Source of the DNA: an uncultured Thermoplasmata archaeon
GTDB lineage: Archaea > Thermoplasmatota > Thermoplasmata > RBG-16-68-12
Assembly: GCA_963768855.1 (NCBI GenBank)
Contig: CAVYJM010000006.1
Coordinates: 832,001 to 896,000, forward strand
Length of the DNA: 64,000 nt
Direction: 5' to 3'
The notes beneath the pieces were generated by a model. It saw nothing but the letters and a program-made list of their open reading frames with translations, did not search any database and was not told where the DNA came from. Positions 59,624-64,000 of this stretch are shown piece by piece. How positions within the stretch are numbered: position 1 is the stretch's first letter; each line of letters opens with the position of its first letter. The translations under genes and the position numbers were made by a program.

Positions 59624-60250
59624 TTGGCGACGGACACGGGACTCATCCTGGCCGGTGCGGAGTCATCGCGCTTCGGCTCCTGGAAAGCAGGCCTCGCGCG
59701 GTTCCGGGGACGGCCCATGGTGCGATGGGTCGCGGATGTCGCTGTTATCCGTGTCCGACGAGCTCCTCGTGTCCGCGCGGTCCCGCGAGCAGGCGGCACG
59801 CCTCCGGGACGTCCTCCCCGAGGCTCGCGCGGTCCCCGACGATCGCCATGACCGTGGCCCCATCGAGGGCTTCGCCCGGGGGTTCGAGGCGGCCCGCGGA
59901 GACATCGTCCTCGTGGCGCCCTGCGACGCACCGCTCCTGGGGCCCGCGCTGTACCGTCTCCTCCTCGAGGTCCTGGAGTCCCACGAGGCAGCCGTGCCCC
60001 GTCTCGGTGCCATCGACCCCCTCCGGGCCGTGTACCGCACGGGCGCGGCCCGGCGCGGCATGGCGGAGCGGGCCCCGAGGTGCCCCGCGTCCCTGGTCGA
60101 CGCGCTCCGGCCGATCCTCGTCGAAGCGGACGAGCTCCGAGAAGCGGACCCCAGCCTTGTCGTCGTTCCTCGACGCGAATCGCGTGGAGGACCTCCGCCG
60201 GGCGGTTCGGGCGTCCGTCGCGTGGGAGGCCAAGGGGTCCGGACGGGGGG
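59624..60250 (+). CDS. mobA: Molybdenum cofactor guanylyltransferase, frameshifted; 3' end approximate
   Basis: GLILAG.ESSRFG, RGPIEG, VAPCDAP, FLDAN..EDL spread over three frames. Confidence 0.72.
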
Positions 60251-60340
60251 TCAAAACCCCTACGGGGGCCTCCCCTACATACTGTCGCAACGGAGCCCTA
60301 TTGACCCCTCTTCCGGATGGGGCTTCCGAGGAGCCACAGA

Positions 60341-61576
60341 ATGAAGGTCATGGTCCTGGGAGCGGGTGCCATCGGTTCGCTGACCGCCACCCTGCTCGCG
60401 AGGAGCGAGCAGGTCGACGAGCTCGTCGTCGCGTCGCGGCGTCTGCCGCAGGCGCGCGGCCTCGCCAAGAAGATCGGGAAGAAGCACGTGAGGGGGAAGC
60501 AGCTCGACTGCGACAAGGTCGGGGACATGACGAAGGCGTTCAAGGGCTTCGACATGGTCGTCAACCTCGTCCTCCCGCGGTTCAACCTGAAGATCATGGA
60601 CGCGTGCGTCAAGGCCGGCGCCCACTACCTTGACACCGCGACGGACCTCGTCCTGACGAAGGACAAGAAGGGCGACGTGATCACGCGCACGCCGGAGCAG
60701 ATCCAGCTCGACCTAGACGACAAGTGGAAGGACCACGACCTGACCGCGATGCTCGGGTGGGGCTGCGACCCCGGCCTGTCGAACATCTTCGCCCGCCTTG
60801 GGGCGGACCGCCTCGACCGCGTGGACGAGATCCTCGTGCGGGATGGGGACAACTCGACGATCGAAGGGTACGAGTTCGCCACGCTCTGGTCCGCGGACAC
60901 CCTCATCGAGGAGGTTCAGATGGACGCGCTCGCTTTCTACAACAAGCGGTTCGTGCGCGTCGGCACGGCGGAGGGCGAAGAGGTCTTCAACTTCCCCGAG
61001 CCCGTGGGACCGCAGACCGTGTACAACGTCGACCATGAGGAGTCCAACACGCTTCCCCTCTTCATCACGAAGGGCCTGCGGAACCAGGACTTCAAGCTCT
61101 CCCTGCCGAAGGAGCTCGCGGAGTTCATCCGCCTCGCGAAGAAGTGGGGCATGACGAAGGCGGAGCCGATCCCGGTGCGGAGCAAGTTCTACAACACGAC
61201 GACGAAGGTCGCGCCCCGTGACGTGATGACGGCCCTGCTGCCCACGCCTGTGGACATGACGGCGAACGTCCACGGGTCCACCTGCGTCGGGAGCGTGGTC
61301 AAGGGCGAGAAGAACGGCCACCCGGCCGGCTGGTTCATCTACACGTTGATGAGCCACGACTACTGCTACAAGAAGTACGGGTACAACGCTGTGTCGTACA
61401 CGACCGGCGCGCCGCCCGTCGTTGGGCTCGAGATGTTCGCCCGCAAGGAGATCGCCCGCCGCGGCGTGTTCCCGCCCGAGGTCCTCGACCCGGTGCCGAT
61501 CGTGAAGCACCTGCCCGACTGGGACATCCCGTACGGGGAGCGACCCGAGGTCCACGAGGTCGAGCTCGCCGCATAG
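60341..61576 (+). CDS. Saccharopine dehydrogenase / carboxynorspermidine dehydrogenase family, paralogue 1
   Basis: VLGAGAIG, HYLDTA, GCDPG.SN, HEES.TL, VSYTTGAP, GVFPPE. Confidence 0.85.
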   Translation: MKVMVLGAGAIGSLTATLLARSEQVDELVVASRRLPQARGLAKKIGKKHVRGKQLDCDKVGDMTKAFKGFDMVVNLVLPRFNLKIMDACVKAGAHYLDTATDLVLTKDKKGDVITRTPEQIQLDLDDKWKDHDLTAMLGWGCDPGLSNIFARLGADRLDRVDEILVRDGDNSTIEGYEFATLWSADTLIEEVQMDALAFYNKRFVRVGTAEGEEVFNFPEPVGPQTVYNVDHEESNTLPLFITKGLRNQDFKLSLPKELAEFIRLAKKWGMTKAEPIPVRSKFYNTTTKVAPRDVMTALLPTPVDMTANVHGSTCVGSVVKGEKNGHPAGWFIYTLMSHDYCYKKYGYNAVSYTTGAPPVVGLEMFARKEIARRGVFPPEVLDPVPIVKHLPDWDIPYGERPEVHEVELAA

Positions 61577-61590
61577 ATTCGAGAAACCCG

Positions 61591-61637
61591 CGGTCCCAGG
61601 AGGGCACAGTTACTCCTTTCCCGGGGCCGCGGGAACC
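61591..61637 (+). repeat. Direct repeat copy 1 (47 bp) flanking an inserted membrane-protein gene
   Basis: 40/47 identical to 62401-62446, last 18 bp identical. Confidence 0.85.
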
Positions 61638-61679
61638 TCTACTTTCGACGTTGGATCAACCGGGTGGACGTGAGAATCA

Positions 61680-62381
61680 GTGATCTCTGTGCAAGACAAT
61701 CAGCAAGTTCAAACCATGCAAGGGAGATGCGGAGTCGTGGTGGAGTCCCTCACTCGCGAGGCGGTCCGAGAAGCGCGCCCTGGGAGATCATCTCCACCCT
61801 CCTGGGGCTTGGCTGTTGCTTGCGCGGTGGCCATGACGCCAGGTATCCTTGTCATGATCGCAGCTTTCGGTGCGTTCGCGCGGATCTATCAGTACGTGCC
61901 CGTCGTGGACGTGTCAGCACTGCTTGCCTTCTCGGTCTTCTTTGCAGCAACCCTTTTCATGGCGTCGCGGACGGATTCGCGTGGCAGAGGACCCGAGTTC
62001 CTGCTAGTTGCAATCTTCGCGGGGTTCGGTCTTGGCTATTTCGGCATGGGCGCCTGGAATCTTGCCTCCATGGGGTTTCTCATCTTCACGCCGGCATGCC
62101 TCCTTGCGTATCTTGGGGTCGTGAGGACAGCCGATGCCACTCTGCCCACGAAGAAGTGGTGGGCCGTCACTTCTGCCAGCTTGGCGGTGGGGCTTGGTCT
62201 CCTGCCGGCCGTCCTCGTAGCGTTGAGCCTCTCTGCGACGACAATCTACCTTCCTGAACTCAGGAGGCAGATCGTGGTTGCTAGTTTTCTTGCTCTCGTG
62301 AGTTCTGTCACCCTTCTTGGCCTGGTGCGCGCTGTGTGGCCCATGCGAGGCGTTTCGGCCCGGGGGGCGGCGACCTCCTAG
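61680..62381 (+). CDS. Polytopic membrane protein with A/T-richer codon usage
   Basis: About six TM helices; start uncertain (61680 or 61716). Confidence 0.7.
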   Translation: MISVQDNQQVQTMQGRCGVVVESLTREAVREARPGRSSPPSWGLAVACAVAMTPGILVMIAAFGAFARIYQYVPVVDVSALLAFSVFFAATLFMASRTDSRGRGPEFLLVAIFAGFGLGYFGMGAWNLASMGFLIFTPACLLAYLGVVRTADATLPTKKWWAVTSASLAVGLGLLPAVLVALSLSATTIYLPELRRQIVVASFLALVSSVTLLGLVRAVWPMRGVSARGAATS

Positions 62382-62400
62382 TTCGAGACGGTCGGTGTTG

Positions 62401-62446
62401 CGGCCCCGGAGGGCATAAGTACCCCTTCCCCGGGGCCGCGGGAACC
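62401..62446 (+). repeat. Direct repeat copy 2
   Basis: Matches 61591-61637; contains ATAAGTA, a TATA-like element. Confidence 0.85.
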
Positions 62447-62500
62447 GTTATTACCCCCGTCTGGCTCGGGACGGCCCAAGGAACGAGAGGTTCCGAGCTG

Positions 62501-63716
62501 ATGAAAGTTGTCGTCTTGGGAGCGGGAGCCATTGGCTCCGTCTCCGCCACCCTGCTGTCGAAGAGCCCGGTCGTCGAACGCCTCGTCATCGCGGACCGCA
62601 GCCTCGAGGCCGCGAAGACCCTCGCCGAGAAGCTGGACCGCGGGCGGGTCGAGGCGATGCGGGTCGACGCGAACAAGGTCGAGTCGATGGTCGAGGCCTT
62701 CAAGGGCTTCGACGTCGTCCTGAACCTCGTCCTCCCGCGCTTCAACCTGAAGATCATGGACGCGTGCCTCAAGGCAGGCGTGCACTACATGGACGCGGCC
62801 ACGGACCTCGCCCTGGCCAAGGAGAAGCCGGGCGAGTTCGTGAAGGCGCCGCCCGAGGCCCTCCAGCTCGCGTACGACGATGCGTTCAAGCAGGCCGGCC
62901 TGACGGCCCTCCTCGGGATGGGCCAGGACCCCGGGATCTCGAACATCCTCGCCCGGCTCGGGGCCGACCGGCTGGACGAGGTCCAGAAGATCGAGGTCCG
63001 CGACGGGGACGCCGGAACGGTCGACGGCTACGAGTTCGCCTCGCTGTGGTCCGTCGACACGCTCATCGAGGAGGTGCTGATGCCCGCCCTCGCGTTCCGC
63101 GACGGGAAGCTCGATCCGCCTCGGCTCGCTCGAGGGGGAGGAGATCTTCGACTTCCCCGCGCCGGTGGGCCCGCTCACCGTGTACAACGTGGACCACGAG
63201 GAGACGAACACGCTCCCGCTGACGATCGGCAAGGGTCTCCAGGCGATGGACTTCAAGATCGCGATCCCGGAAGACCTGGCGCACGCGCTGAAGGTGTTCC
63301 AGCGGTTCGGCCTGCATCGCGGCCACCCGATCGAGGTCGAGGTCAAGTCGACCGGGGAGAAGGTCAAGGTCGCGCCCCGCGACATGCTCGCGGCCCTCAT
63401 GCCCGACCCGAAGACGCTCTCGGACAAGGCGAAGGGATGGGCCAGCCTCGCGGTGGTTGTCCGGGGCCTGAAGGATGCGGAGAAGGCGGGCTGGATGTTC
63501 TGGATGATCCTGGACCACCAGGAGTGCTATCGGAAGTACGGATTCAACGCGACGAGCTATCCGGTCGGCGCGCCGATGGCCATGGCGGCCGAGATGATCG
63601 GCCGTGGCGAGATCACCCGCCGCGGCGCATTTCCCCTCGAGATGCTCGACCCCGCTCCGTTCCTGAAGCACTTCCCGGAGTATGGGATCATCATCCAGGA
63701 GAAGCGGCTGACCTGA
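62501..63716 (+). CDS. Saccharopine/carboxynorspermidine dehydrogenase family, paralogue 2, one frameshift near 63110-63130
   Basis: Near-identical N-terminus to paralogue 1 (VNLVLPRFNLKIMDAC); C-terminal half continues in the 63165 ORF (YNVDHEE.NTLP). Confidence 0.82.
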
Positions 63717-63722
63717 TCCGGG

Positions 63723-63998
63723 TCAGCGCGGGTCGGCGAGGCCCGCGTAGCCGCCGAGGCCCGTCGCGGCGCGCACGGCGTTGACCGCGGCGCGGGCCAC
63801 CTCCCGCACGGCGAGGTGATGCAAGGCGTCGAAGGCGCGGTAGTCGATCCGCTTGGCTCGCCTTCTCCCGGTGCAGAAGCCCAGGATCGTGTCTCCGTCC
63901 GTCGACATATGCGCGGGTCGAATGGCCAGAGCGAGCCCATCGTGGGCCAGTTCGACGAGGCGGGCGAGCTGTTCATGGTCGAGCGGCGCATCCGTGCC
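63723..63998 (-). CDS. P1/DmpA family (peptidase S58) protein, C-terminal part only
   Basis: GTDAPL....ARL...AHDGLALAIRPAHM..DGDT..FCTG. Confidence 0.8.
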   Translation of the reverse strand, partial: GTDAPLDHEQLARLVELAHDGLALAIRPAHMSTDGDTILGFCTGRRRAKRIDYRAFDALHHLAVREVARAAVNAVRAATGLGGYAGLADPR

Positions 63999-64000
63999 GA

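Noticed and set aside
1-64000. CRISPR array, rRNA, IS transposase, copper membrane monooxygenase
   Set aside because: No regularly spaced short repeats, rRNA-like tracts, DDE/HUH motifs or amo/pmo-like genes were recognised by eye

Overview
GC-rich archaeal DNA. The archaeal signals are TATA/BRE-type promoters, leaderless genes, GGTGA-type Shine-Dalgarno sites and HTH-10/Lrp regulators; a soil/sediment Thermoplasmata-like heterotroph is my inference, not a database result. 1-40.6 kb is mostly intact metabolic backbone: partial comA, tRNA-Pro, a peptide ABC operon with DUF917 and an M29-like hydrolase, an FtsX/LolD pair, clostripain, an orphan xanthine-dehydrogenase-family subunit, a Cys-rich HTH-10 regulator followed by a CGAA-N4-TTCG box, a cupredoxin-fused nirK and a hemerythrin, a Sec/Tat-type sulfite-oxidase-family enzyme, AOR/MoaD/cupredoxin, a non-pyrrolysine MttB-family protein and a DsrE/TusA module. 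41.2-54.9 kb is an accessory island running off the 3' end of tRNA-Arg(UCU). It is cut into three modules by three diverged copies of a non-coding repeat (about 150 bp in two copies, about 63 bp clearly alignable in the third). Each copy begins with a match to the tRNA 3' end, and no integrase is visible, so it resembles a tRNA-anchored cassette array. It carries a Shedu-type nuclease, an ABC-2 pair and many small or membrane proteins. 55-64 kb holds a NuoEF-fused formate dehydrogenase cluster, mobA and two saccharopine/carboxynorspermidine-dehydrogenase paralogues. This part contains many single-base indels, most likely assembly errors. No CRISPR array, rRNA or recognisable transposase was seen. 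All alignments and counts were done by eye.
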